The notes: generated by a model not told the origin, from the sequence alone. Shown: positions 23,979-33,423, counted from the first letter of the stretch. The stretch: 39,227 nt of DNA from a bacterium (GCA_030149525.1 JASBRJ010000256.1:1-39227), one strand, 5' to 3'. Translations and numbers: made by a program.

Positions 23979-26900
23979 ATGAGATTATCCTGGAAACAAC
24001 CCGCCATAGCTTTGGTGGCTTTAATAAACTTCGGCTGTGGTGCCGTGGAAACCGGATTCACGGCCAACCCCACCTCACCCGGCACACCCATCGCGGCCAA
24101 CACCACGGAAGCCGTAGCAGGCTCACCCGGGGCCGCCGAGTTTCTGGCTCGTAACGCGGCCCAGGGCTTTGCCTCGGTAGAAGACCGCAGTGTGGGCCAG
24201 AACCGCTTTCTGGTCTTCACCAGTCGTGGAGACCTCATCGCCGCCGATACCAACGGACGACGGGATATCTATCTAAGAGATCTTCGTACCGGTGAAATGA
24301 GGTTGGTCAGTGTGGCCACCAACGGCACCCAGGGTAACGGTGACTCCACTCAAGCCTCCATTTCCGCCGACGGGCGTTTCGTGGTCTTCCGCTCGGCCGC
24401 TACCAACCTGGTGACAGGCGACGGTAACGGTGTGACCGATATCTTTCTTCATGAGATCGCCACCGGGACCACCACTCGAGTGAGCACCGCCACCGGTGGA
24501 GCAGAAGTAAGCGGCGCCAGCCTGACGCCTGCCGTCTCGGCCAACGGACGCTACGTGGTGTTTGCTTCTTCTGCAACAAACCTGGTGGCTACCGACAGCA
24601 ACGGCGCTCAAGATATCTTCTTAAAAGACGTCACCACCAACACCACAACCCTGGTGAGCAGCAACTCGGCCCAAACAGATTCGGCCAACGGCAACTCCTA
24701 CGACCCCGCCATCACCGCCGGAACCACCACCGAAGGAGAGTTCATCGCCTTCTCCACCGAGGCCACCGACATCGTGGCAGGCGGTCTTAACGGACAGCGC
24801 CAGGTGGTCCGTATCGAACGAGCCACCCCCGCAAACCGGGTTCTGGTGAGTCAGAGCGCCGGGGCCGTGCAAGCCGACGGTCCGTGCTACGAACCCAGCC
24901 TCTCTAACGACGGTAACACCGTGGCCTTCTTCACCCTGGCCACCAACCTCGGCGCGGTGGCCGACGGCAACGGCTTCTTCGATGTTTACACCAGAAATAT
25001 TTCCGGAAATACCACCACCAACCAGAGTGTGAACACCGGTGGCAACCCCTCCGACGGTCACAGCGGCTATCCCAGTCTCTCCGCCAACGGTTCGGTTGTG
25101 GCTTTTGGAAGTCTCGCCACAGACCTTGTAGCAGGTGACTCCAACGGACGATTCGACGTTTTTCGACGAGAGAGCGGGTCCACGAGCCTGGCCAGCCAGG
25201 CCACCGACAGCACCGCCGGAAACTCCGATTCCGATCTTCCCGGCATATCGCTTGACGGTCGCTATGTGGCGTTCCGCTCGGCGGCCTCCACGCTTTCCAG
25301 TAACGATAGCACTACTGATGATGACATTTTTCTGAGAGATTCCCTCACCCCGGCAACGGTGCTGCAGAGCATCGCATGTCGCATTCTAGCGACTTTTGCC
25401 GGGGTTTCCGGTTCCTCGTTCACCACCGGGCTGAATCCTATTGACACAGCAGTCGCTGACTTCGATGGCGACGGCAACCTAGATGTGGCAACAGCAGATA
25501 GAGGCGACAACACCGTCTCTGTCCTGCTCGGCAACGGGAGCGGAGGCCTAGGGACCGCCTCAAGTTTCGCTGTTGGGACGACCCCTGTTCCTATTCTGGC
25601 TCGAGACTTTAACGGCGACGATAACGTCGATCTTGCCGTAGCGAACTATGCCAGCGGGAACGTCTCCATCCTCATAGGAGACGGGACCGGGGGATTCGCA
25701 GCCGCCGCCAACTTTATGGTAGGAGCCGCAGGGGGCGCAAATCCCCTCGCTATGGTTACCGCCGACTTCAATGGCGACAACAACCTGGATCTGGCTGTTG
25801 CTAACGACAGCACGGACGATACGACGATTCTTTTAGGTAACGGAGCCGGCGGTTTTACGCTCGCGGCGAACCTCGACCATGGGTTCGTCGCTGTAAGAGA
25901 TATCGCCCAGGGCGACTTCAACGGCGATACCTTTCCCGACCTGGCGGTCTTGAAATCAGACAGTGAATTTCGTCTCTTTTTCGGAGATGGTACGGGAGCT
26001 TTCGGACCGTCAACCTCAATTTCAACAGAGAGCAGTCCCGCGGCCATCACGACCACTGATTTCAACGGCGACGGGAACCTGGATATCGCGACACTCCACA
26101 CGTTTAATGACGTTCAAGTCTTCTTGGGAGATGGCACAGGGGGCTTTTCAGCCCCGACCGGCTTCCCTCCAGCTGTCGGTGGCTCCAGCGGGGGTGCACA
26201 GAGAGCGAAAATCCTTCCCGTGGATCTGGACGGAGACGGGAATCTGGATCTCATCTCGACCGGGGGATCGCGAGGTCTCTCTTTTCTACCAGGAAACGGG
26301 GACGGTACATTCGGAGCCGCGACAGAAATCGACGAGCCAGGGCGTTCCCTGAGTGTCGGAGACTTTGACAATGATGGATACCTCGATCTTGTAGCGACGG
26401 ATTCATCTCCTCCCAACGACGATCAAGTTCTCATCCTCCTCAACCAACGCCCCGACTGGCCCGGTCTCGGTTCCAAGACAGATTACTCTACTAGTTCCCG
26501 TCCCGAAAATCTCGCCATGGGAGACTTGGACGGCGACGGAGACCTCGACTTCGTGGTCAAGAGCAGCGATAGTGACAATCTGTCCATCAGACTCAACAAC
26601 GGCTCGGGAGTCTTCTCCGGTTCGGACATCGCTCCGGTCTCCGGCTTGAATTCAGCGGTGGTAAGACTGGCCGACTTCAACAACGATGGATATCTCGACA
26701 TCTTGCTCCTGGCCAGTGGAGACTACGCGCTCCTCACCAATGACGGTCAGGGAGGGTTCAGCGTCAACGCCGTCTCGTTCTTATCCGGCGGTGGACCCAA
26801 AGTGGCTGTAGCCGATATGAACGGGGACGGATTCTTAGATTTCGTGGTGGGAGCGTCAAGCTCTACGGTGACTCGAACCTTCTTTAACGACACAGCCGGC

Positions 26901-27494
26901 GGCTTCACCCCGGTGAGCCTGTCGGCCAACGCTACAAGCGACATACTCCTGGGAGATATCGACGGAGACGGAGATGCCGATATTGTGCGAACTCGCGCCG
27001 ATCTTGGTTCGCCTCGAAGTTTCCAGGTTCGCTTTAACGACGGCTCCGGAAACTTCGGCGCAGAAAGCGCTCGGGGAAACCAGTACAACAGAGGACGAGG
27101 CGCCCTCGCCGATGTGGACGGCGACGGAGACCTGGATTTCGTCAACAGTCTCCGCACTTCAAACAACGTCGCCGTGTCTCTCAACGACGGGACCGGCACC
27201 TTTAGTGCGGACGTCCTGTATCCCGTGGGTTCGCTTCCTCAAAAACCAGCCCTCGCCGACGTCGATGGAGACGGAGACCTGGATATCGTCGTGGCCAACG
27301 ACAGCGACAATACACTTTCTGTCTTGCTCGGAAATGGAAGAGGAGCCTTCGCCCCAGCACGGACTTTCACCGTGGGAGACACGCCGAATGACCTGGACCT
27401 GGGCGATCTAGACGGCGACGGAGACCCGGACATCGCTTGCCCCAACAATCTGGATTCCAACGTCTCTGTCTTTTTGAATCAAGCTTGCCCTTAA
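23979..27494 (+). CDS. Large surface lipoprotein: lipobox signal, PD40/TolB-like beta-propeller N-half, FG-GAP/VCBS repeat C-half (paralog 1)
   Basis: MRLSWKQPAIALVALINFGC lipoprotein signal (ATG 23979 with GGAG SD; the track ORF starts at TTG 23949). Repeats of the type NG.RDIYLRDL.TGE and SADGRFVVF. About 12 FG-GAP-like units with DxDGDGxLD motifs. Ends …LNQACP. Confidence 0.8.
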   Translation: MRLSWKQPAIALVALINFGCGAVETGFTANPTSPGTPIAANTTEAVAGSPGAAEFLARNAAQGFASVEDRSVGQNRFLVFTSRGDLIAADTNGRRDIYLRDLRTGEMRLVSVATNGTQGNGDSTQASISADGRFVVFRSAATNLVTGDGNGVTDIFLHEIATGTTTRVSTATGGAEVSGASLTPAVSANGRYVVFASSATNLVATDSNGAQDIFLKDVTTNTTTLVSSNSAQTDSANGNSYDPAITAGTTTEGEFIAFSTEATDIVAGGLNGQRQVVRIERATPANRVLVSQSAGAVQADGPCYEPSLSNDGNTVAFFTLATNLGAVADGNGFFDVYTRNISGNTTTNQSVNTGGNPSDGHSGYPSLSANGSVVAFGSLATDLVAGDSNGRFDVFRRESGSTSLASQATDSTAGNSDSDLPGISLDGRYVAFRSAASTLSSNDSTTDDDIFLRDSLTPATVLQSIACRILATFAGVSGSSFTTGLNPIDTAVADFDGDGNLDVATADRGDNTVSVLLGNGSGGLGTASSFAVGTTPVPILARDFNGDDNVDLAVANYASGNVSILIGDGTGGFAAAANFMVGAAGGANPLAMVTADFNGDNNLDLAVANDSTDDTTILLGNGAGGFTLAANLDHGFVAVRDIAQGDFNGDTFPDLAVLKSDSEFRLFFGDGTGAFGPSTSISTESSPAAITTTDFNGDGNLDIATLHTFNDVQVFLGDGTGGFSAPTGFPPAVGGSSGGAQRAKILPVDLDGDGNLDLISTGGSRGLSFLPGNGDGTFGAATEIDEPGRSLSVGDFDNDGYLDLVATDSSPPNDDQVLILLNQRPDWPGLGSKTDYSTSSRPENLAMGDLDGDGDLDFVVKSSDSDNLSIRLNNGSGVFSGSDIAPVSGLNSAVVRLADFNNDGYLDILLLASGDYALLTNDGQGGFSVNAVSFLSGGGPKVAVADMNGDGFLDFVVGASSSTVTRTFFNDTAGGFTPVSLSANATSDILLGDIDGDGDADIVRTRADLGSPRSFQVRFNDGSGNFGAESARGNQYNRGRGALADVDGDGDLDFVNSLRTSNNVAVSLNDGTGTFSADVLYPVGSLPQKPALADVDGDGDLDIVVANDSDNTLSVLLGNGRGAFAPARTFTVGDTPNDLDLGDLDGDGDPDIACPNNLDSNVSVFLNQACP
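24040..25305. repeat. Direct repeat copy A (~1.27 kb, ~93-95% nt identity to 27568-28833); 5' halves of tandem paralogous lipoprotein genes
   Basis: Long identical runs, e.g. gccaacaccacggaagccgtagcaggctc and ctggctcgtaacgcggcccagggctttgcctcggtagaagacc, occur in both copies. The proteins are about 95% identical over ~440 aa without indels. Confidence 0.8.
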
Positions 27495-27506
27495 GGAGAA
27501 CACGCT

Positions 27507-30500
27507 GTGAAACTATCTTGGAAGATACCCGCTGCCACTCTTGTGGCACTCCTCAACTTCGGCTGCGGCGGAGTGGAAACCGGCCTCTCAGCCGGTCCCA
27601 CCTCACCCGGCGCCCCCATCGCGGCCAACACCACGGAAGCCGTAGCAGGCTCGCCCAGAGCCGCCGAGTTTCTGGCTCGTAACGCGGCCCAGGGCTTTGC
27701 CTCGGTAGAAGACCGGAGCGTGGGGCAGAACCGCTTCCTGGTCTTCACCAGTCGTGGAGATCTCATCCCCGCTGATACCAATGGAGTGCGCGATGTCTAT
27801 CTGAGAGATCTTCGTACAGGTGAGATGCGTCTGATAAGTGTGGCCACCAACGGCACTCAAGGAAACGGTGACTCCACTCAAGGCTCCATCTCCGCCGACG
27901 GGCGCTTCGTGGTCTTCCGCTCGGCCGCCACCAACCTGGTGACAGGCGACGGTAACGGTGTGACCGATATCTTTCTTCATGAGGTCGCCACAGGCACCAC
28001 CACTCGGGTGAGCACCGCCACCGGTGGAACAGAAGTGAGTGGCGCCAGCCTGACCCCTGCCATCTCGGCCAACGGACGCTACGTGGTCTTTGCTTCTTCT
28101 GCTACAAACCTGGTGGCCACCGACAGCAACGGCGCTCAAGATATCTTCTTAAAAGACGTCACCACCAACACCACAACTCTGGTGACCAGCAACTCGGCCC
28201 AGACCGATTCGGCCAACGGTGCATCTTTTGACCCCGCCATCACCGCAGGAACCACCACCGAAGGAGAGTTCATCGCCTTCTCCACCGAGGCCACCGACAT
28301 TGTGGCAGGCGGTCTTAACGGACAGCGCCAGGTGGTGCGCATCGAACGAGCCACTCCGGGGACCAGAGTTTTGGTCAGCCAGAGCGCCGGGGCCGTGCAA
28401 GCCGACGGTCCGTGCTACGAACCCAGTCTCTCCAACGACGGTAACACCGTAGCTTTCTTCACTCTCGCCACCAATCTCGGTGCGGTGGCCGACGGCAACG
28501 GCTTCTTCGATGTCTACACCAGAAATATTTCCGGTAATACCACCACCAACCAGAGCGTGAACACCGGGGGCAACCCCTCCGACGGCCACAGCGGCTATCC
28601 CAGTCTCTCCGCCGACGGTTCAGTTGTGGCTTTCGGAAGTCTCGCCACCGACCTTTTGGCAGGTGACTCCAACGGACGATTCGACGTCTTCCGACGAGAG
28701 AGCGGGTCCACGAGCCTGGCCAGCCAGGCCACCGACACCACCGCCGGAAACTCCGATTCCGATCTTCCCGGTATCTCACTTGATGGTCGCTATGTGGCGT
28801 TCCGCTCGGCGGCCTCCACCCTTTCCAGCCACGACAGCACCACCGACGACGACATCTTCGTGAGAGACAGCAGCCTCGCCACCACCTTCTGGAGCACTGT
28901 GAGTTGCCTCTTCCCGGGTGTTTGGCCCGGTACGAACGGCTTGCCCGCCAGTCGGACCATTGTAGGGATTGATGGCCCTTATGATGTGGACGCAGCCGAC
29001 GTGGACGGTGACGGTGATATCGATCTGATTGGCGGCAGTCGAAACGGTGATTCGGTCTCTGTCCTCCTCAACTCAGACGGCCTTGGCACCTACACACTTG
29101 CCGCTACTCTTGCGGTGGGCGACGCTCCCGTAGGTGTTCTCTGGGCCGATTTGAACGGAGACGGCAATCTGGACATCGCCACAGCCAACGTCACCAGTAC
29201 CAACGTATCCATTCTGCTCGCCACCGACGGCACCGGCACCAACTATTCCGCAGCCACGAATTTCACCACCACCGACAGTCCGTACAACATTTACGCGGGG
29301 GACCTCGACGGAGATGGAGACCTCGATCTTGTCACCGCCAACTTCAGCAGTTCCTCGATCTCCGTTCTGCTCAACAACGGCACGGGAGGCTTTTCCGCTC
29401 CTACCGTCCTGTCTGGTGGGTTAGACTTCAACGAACACCTGGCCTTGGGAGACCTGGATGGAGACAGCGACCTGGACATCGTCACGGCCAACAGTCTTGA
29501 CACCACCATCTCGATTTTCCCAAACTCCGGCTCCGGAACCTTCGGCGGGCGTACCGATATTGTGGTAGGGGGTGGACCCATTGGAATCGATGTGGCTGAT
29601 TTGGACGGAGATATGGACCTGGATATTGTGACCAGCAATAGAGATGACGGCAACGTCTCTGTCCTCATCAACAACGGCAGTGGAAGCTTTACCGCACCGG
29701 TCAACTATCCAGTGGGTAGCAGTCCCAACGCTTTGCGTCTCTCCGATGCCAACGGCGATGATGTCCCGGACCTCTTCGTTATCAACAGGACTGAGGACAG
29801 CGTGGGCGTGCTTCTCAATTCTGGAACGGGAACCTTCGGCGCTATGACGACCACCACGGTGGGAGACGCCTCCAGCAACCTCGTGGTGGCGGATGTGGAC
29901 GGCGAAATGGATAGGGACATTGTCGTACCGAGTATCAACGACGACAAGATCTCCATCCGTCTCAATCAAAACGGCCTGGGTAGCTACGAAACACCTGTTT
30001 CCATCGCTACGCTGAATGAACCACTTTCGGTTTCCCTGGGAGACTTTGACGGCGATGGAGACATCGATTGCGCCGTTGCTGAAGACACCTCCAACGTCAG
30101 GGTGCTCTTGAACACAGACGGAGCAGGCACACTTGGGAGCCCTTCCAATTTCGCCGCAAACGGTAGTCCTAGAGGCCTGGCCCAGGGCGATATCGACGGA
30201 GACGGCGATCTCGATTTGGTGGCTTCTAATACAACCGGCAGTATGCTCTCGGTCTTTACGAATTCCGGACTCGGTGTGTTCAGCGGCCCCACCAGCTTCG
30301 CGGTGAATATACGAAGCCAGCATGTGGCCCTGGGGGACCTCGACGGAGACGGTGATCTCGATCTGGTGACGGCGGCCGGTACTAGCGACGGACTTTCCGT
30401 CCTGTTCAACTCCGACGGTATGGGCACATTCTCCGGATTGACGACCTACAACCAGCCCGGTCGATCCTTCTGGGTAAGCCTGGGCGATGTGGACGGTGAC

Positions 30501-31019
30501 GGGGATCTTGATATGGTCGTCGTCAACTCCGATATCGACATGATAACGGTCTATCTCAACTCTGACGGAATGGGAACCTTTGTCAATGATTCTACTTACT
30601 CTGTAGGGAACCAACCTGAAAGTTTGGCTTTTGGTGACATCGACAACGATGGGGACCTCGATATAGTGGTCTCCGACCGGTTCGACAATACCGTGTCCCT
30701 ACTCAGGAACTCCGGCACAGGCTCCTTTGCGGCCGCCGTGACCACACCAACCGGCCACCGACCTCAAACCGTTCACCTGGGTGACTACGACGGCGACGGA
30801 GACCTCGACATCGCCACGGTCGATGGGGGAAATAGCCTGAGCGTTCTGCTGAACTCCGATGGCTCGGGAGGCAGCTTCTCCTCATCCCTCATTCCCGTCG
30901 GCGCGGGTTCTCTCTACCTGGATGCCGCCGATCTCAACAGCGACGGAGACCTCGACTTTGTGGTCAGTAGCTTTAGCAGCAACGGTCTCAGCGTTCTGCT
31001 CAACCAGGCATGTCCGTAA
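27507..31019 (+). CDS. Large surface lipoprotein, paralog 2 (PD40-like N-half nearly identical to paralog 1; divergent FG-GAP/VCBS C-half)
   Basis: GTG start with AAGGAG SD. MKLSWKIPAATLVALLNFGC lipobox. More than 12 FG-GAP-like units (DLDGDGDLD…). Ends …LNQACP. Confidence 0.8.
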   Translation: MKLSWKIPAATLVALLNFGCGGVETGLSAGPTSPGAPIAANTTEAVAGSPRAAEFLARNAAQGFASVEDRSVGQNRFLVFTSRGDLIPADTNGVRDVYLRDLRTGEMRLISVATNGTQGNGDSTQGSISADGRFVVFRSAATNLVTGDGNGVTDIFLHEVATGTTTRVSTATGGTEVSGASLTPAISANGRYVVFASSATNLVATDSNGAQDIFLKDVTTNTTTLVTSNSAQTDSANGASFDPAITAGTTTEGEFIAFSTEATDIVAGGLNGQRQVVRIERATPGTRVLVSQSAGAVQADGPCYEPSLSNDGNTVAFFTLATNLGAVADGNGFFDVYTRNISGNTTTNQSVNTGGNPSDGHSGYPSLSADGSVVAFGSLATDLLAGDSNGRFDVFRRESGSTSLASQATDTTAGNSDSDLPGISLDGRYVAFRSAASTLSSHDSTTDDDIFVRDSSLATTFWSTVSCLFPGVWPGTNGLPASRTIVGIDGPYDVDAADVDGDGDIDLIGGSRNGDSVSVLLNSDGLGTYTLAATLAVGDAPVGVLWADLNGDGNLDIATANVTSTNVSILLATDGTGTNYSAATNFTTTDSPYNIYAGDLDGDGDLDLVTANFSSSSISVLLNNGTGGFSAPTVLSGGLDFNEHLALGDLDGDSDLDIVTANSLDTTISIFPNSGSGTFGGRTDIVVGGGPIGIDVADLDGDMDLDIVTSNRDDGNVSVLINNGSGSFTAPVNYPVGSSPNALRLSDANGDDVPDLFVINRTEDSVGVLLNSGTGTFGAMTTTTVGDASSNLVVADVDGEMDRDIVVPSINDDKISIRLNQNGLGSYETPVSIATLNEPLSVSLGDFDGDGDIDCAVAEDTSNVRVLLNTDGAGTLGSPSNFAANGSPRGLAQGDIDGDGDLDLVASNTTGSMLSVFTNSGLGVFSGPTSFAVNIRSQHVALGDLDGDGDLDLVTAAGTSDGLSVLFNSDGMGTFSGLTTYNQPGRSFWVSLGDVDGDGDLDMVVVNSDIDMITVYLNSDGMGTFVNDSTYSVGNQPESLAFGDIDNDGDLDIVVSDRFDNTVSLLRNSGTGSFAAAVTTPTGHRPQTVHLGDYDGDGDLDIATVDGGNSLSVLLNSDGSGGSFSSSLIPVGAGSLYLDAADLNSDGDLDFVVSSFSSNGLSVLLNQACP
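27568..28833. repeat. Direct repeat copy B (pair of 24040-25305)
   Basis: See copy A. The offset of 3528 nt is constant across the repeat. Confidence 0.8.
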
Positions 31020-31045
31020 GCAAATCCCTCAAGGAAAGAAAAATC

Positions 31046-32557
31046 ATGAAAATCACCTGGAAACACTCCATCATAAGCCTCCTCTCACTCATAACCTTCG
31101 GTTGCGGAGGTGGTGGCGGCACAGATATCGTGGCCGGCCCTGTGACCGGCAAGCCTACGGGGCAGCCCAGCACCCCGGCGCCCAATCCCATCCCCAACCC
31201 GGGGACCCCGCCGGTTCTCAGCCCCGACGGTGTTGTCTTCTTTCAGAGCAACGCCTCCGCCGGTGGCGACGGGTCGGCCACCTCCCCCTTTAACGATTTC
31301 GCAACCGCTCTCGCCTCCACACCCGCCGGAGAGACGCTCTTTCTCTACGCCGGAAGCGGCCCGATTCCGTTCAGCGGTACCATCCCTGGAAATATTCGCA
31401 TTCTGGGTGAGGGACTGGGATTCACCACAACAGGTTTCTCGGTCACAGCCGGAGCGTTCCCTCGCCTTCAAGGTCAGATCACCCTGGCCGACGGCGCGGT
31501 GGTTCAGGGGGTCCAGTTCGAGAACCCCACAGGTCACGGTGCCACTGCCGCCAACGTCACCAGTTTGACTCTCGACTCCAACCGCTTCACCAACATCTCA
31601 GGCGATGCACTTCATATCGAGCGGGCCAACGGAACTCTGAGGCTCACCAACAACGCCATCGTCGACGACTCCCTCGATCCCACCGACGGAGTCGACGTCA
31701 CCGTGGCAGGCTCGGACAACCTGAACCTCACTTTCAACTCCAACACCTTCAGCACGCCGTCGCGAGCCAACTCCTTCGACAACGGCCTGAAGCTGACCGC
31801 CCAGGGCAGCTCCCAACTCACCCTCAACGCCCAAAGCAACACCTTCGACGTGCAGGGGCGCGGCGTTCAAATTCAGGTCTCGGAGACCTCCGTCTTCAAC
31901 GGCACTCTCACCCAAAACACCTTCACCCAGACGCCTCTGGAAGGCATTTCCCTAACCACGGGCCTTGCTACCACCGACACCGCCCAGGCCACCATAGTGG
32001 TCGACAATAACACTTTCAATCAACCCCTCGGTCCGGGAGTGTCTCTTTTGGCCGGAGGAGCCACCACCAACAATTGGACGGTACAAAACAACACCGTGAA
32101 CGCCGGTGGAAACTTCGGCCTCCTGCTAGTGCGCGGCGACAGCGCCTTCGCTCGCAGCAGCGTGAGCAACAATCAGATCTCCAACGCCCAACAGGTGGGA
32201 TTTCAGTACACCAGCGGCACCGCTTCCGGCGGATTCACCGTGCCTCTAGCCGGCGAAGACCGGATCACCGTGAGCGGCAATCAGGTCACAGGTTCCGGCG
32301 TCTCCAGCATGAATTTGAATCTGGTGAGCCAAACTCACGCCGCCCTTCTCACCGGTAATACCACGGGAGGGCCGGTGGTGATGTTGGCCCGGGCGACCAA
32401 CGCTTGCGCCGGTGCCGGAAGCAACAACGTGGGCGGTGCCTTCGCCATCAATGTAGAGAACGGATTCTCCCTCATCTTCGACAACCGTGGCCAAACTACA
32501 CCGGCCGTCTCCTTTCCCGGGGCCGGTACCGTGACACCGGGGGCCTGCATCCCTTGA
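31046..32557 (+). CDS. Lipoprotein with right-handed parallel beta-helix repeats (pectin-lyase-fold-like), ~503 aa
   Basis: MKITWKHSIISLLSLITFGCGGGGG signal related to the two upstream lipoproteins (ATG 31046 with AAGGA SD; the track ORF starts at 31010 inside the preceding gene). Many Asn/Thr-rich ~22-aa turns (NNxI, TLDSNRFTN, TLNAQSNTF). Ends …GACIP. Confidence 0.7.
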   Translation: MKITWKHSIISLLSLITFGCGGGGGTDIVAGPVTGKPTGQPSTPAPNPIPNPGTPPVLSPDGVVFFQSNASAGGDGSATSPFNDFATALASTPAGETLFLYAGSGPIPFSGTIPGNIRILGEGLGFTTTGFSVTAGAFPRLQGQITLADGAVVQGVQFENPTGHGATAANVTSLTLDSNRFTNISGDALHIERANGTLRLTNNAIVDDSLDPTDGVDVTVAGSDNLNLTFNSNTFSTPSRANSFDNGLKLTAQGSSQLTLNAQSNTFDVQGRGVQIQVSETSVFNGTLTQNTFTQTPLEGISLTTGLATTDTAQATIVVDNNTFNQPLGPGVSLLAGGATTNNWTVQNNTVNAGGNFGLLLVRGDSAFARSSVSNNQISNAQQVGFQYTSGTASGGFTVPLAGEDRITVSGNQVTGSGVSSMNLNLVSQTHAALLTGNTTGGPVVMLARATNACAGAGSNNVGGAFAINVENGFSLIFDNRGQTTPAVSFPGAGTVTPGACIP

Positions 32558-32904
32558 GGAGAGGTCGTCGGGAGGTCCGAGAAGCGGCTTTCATTACCCT
32601 GATTGCCTTTCTCATCTTCGGTTGGTACGTGCTGGTAACACGCTTGGACTCGCCCCCTACTCAGGCCGTGCCCGAACCGAAGGCTGCGGCGGTCAGCTCA
32701 AGAGGCGGAAGTTTTTCGAGCGCCCCAGCCACCGCTCAAACGACGGCACAGATATCCGTGCGCTACGTTAGCCAGAGAAAAATAGATTATCTCCTCAGGA
32801 GTCATCCGGCGAGATGCTACAGCACAGGCAAGAATACGGTCACCTACGACGAATGGCACTGCGTGAAAATCAGCGACGACGAATGGCGCTGCGACCGCTT
32901 CTGA
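32554..32904 (+). CDS. Possible small membrane protein (~116 aa, TTG start overlapping preceding stop); low confidence
   Basis: Basic N-terminus RRGRREVRE, then TM FITLIAFLIFGWYVLV, then a soluble tail with 3 Cys. No clear RBS. The start was inferred only from the overlap with the upstream stop. Confidence 0.25.
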   Translation: MRRGRREVREAAFITLIAFLIFGWYVLVTRLDSPPTQAVPEPKAAAVSSRGGSFSSAPATAQTTAQISVRYVSQRKIDYLLRSHPARCYSTGKNTVTYDEWHCVKISDDEWRCDRF

Positions 32905-32988
32905 TCCATTGGTAGATGGGCTTTCCATCCCTTTGATCCCCGCGCAACAGTGCGGAGTGCGATACGGTAGTATTCTAAGGAGATTTCC

Positions 32989-33423
32989 ATGAAGAACATA
33001 TTACCAATCGTACTTGCCTCGGCCGTTGCAGCGCCACTCTTTCTGAGCGCTCCGGCTCAAGCCCAGTCCTACGACGACATTCAGCGTCTAGAAGAGCGGG
33101 TTCAAGATGCCAGATACCGAGGGAATTGGTCCCAAGCGCGGCAGCTCGAGCGCCAACTCAACAGGGAGCGCTTGCAATATCAACGTCGAACCGGTCAAGG
33201 AGAGTATCGCAACCGCGGATACAACTACAATCGTGGTTACCGAAATTATAACTACGACTACGGAAACAACTATGACCGCAGCGGTCCCGCAAGCGCTATT
33301 CTACCCTTCGCTATCGACGCCTTGCAGGGCGTGCTTCGCGACAACAACAACGATCGCTACTATCGCGACAATCGTTACCAAGGCGGCTATTACGACCGTC
33401 GCGGAAATTGGCGTTCCTATTAA
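32989..33423 (+). CDS. Secreted low-complexity Tyr/Arg/Asn/Gly-rich protein (144 aa)
   Basis: Strong SD AAGGAG. Signal peptide MKNILPIVLASAVAAPLFLSAPAQA|QS. The mature region has YNYNRGYRNYNYDYGNNYDR and RYYRDNRYQGGYYDRRGNWRSY repeats. Confidence 0.55.
   Translation: MKNILPIVLASAVAAPLFLSAPAQAQSYDDIQRLEERVQDARYRGNWSQARQLERQLNRERLQYQRRTGQGEYRNRGYNYNRGYRNYNYDYGNNYDRSGPASAILPFAIDALQGVLRDNNNDRYYRDNRYQGGYYDRRGNWRSY

Noticed and set aside
24040-28833. Possibility that the 1.3-kb direct repeat is an IS element or assembly artefact
   Set aside because: Both copies are in-frame N-terminal halves of complete paralogous ORFs. Each copy has its own signal peptide and differing flanks. There are no terminal inverted repeats and no transposase.
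29421-30614. 397-aa minus-strand ORF, and similar ones (24621..25061, 28149..28589, 25646..26101, 29984..30427)
   Set aside because: They are antisense to the FG-GAP repeat regions of the lipoprotein genes. The Gly/Val/Asp/Ile-rich artefacts arise from GAC/GGC-rich repeats.
32404-32904. Track ORF of 166 aa beginning inside the beta-helix lipoprotein gene
   Set aside because: The first 50 codons overlap the lipoprotein gene out of frame and are Arg/Cys-rich. Only the portion after the lipoprotein stop (from ~32554) is retained, as a low-confidence small membrane protein.
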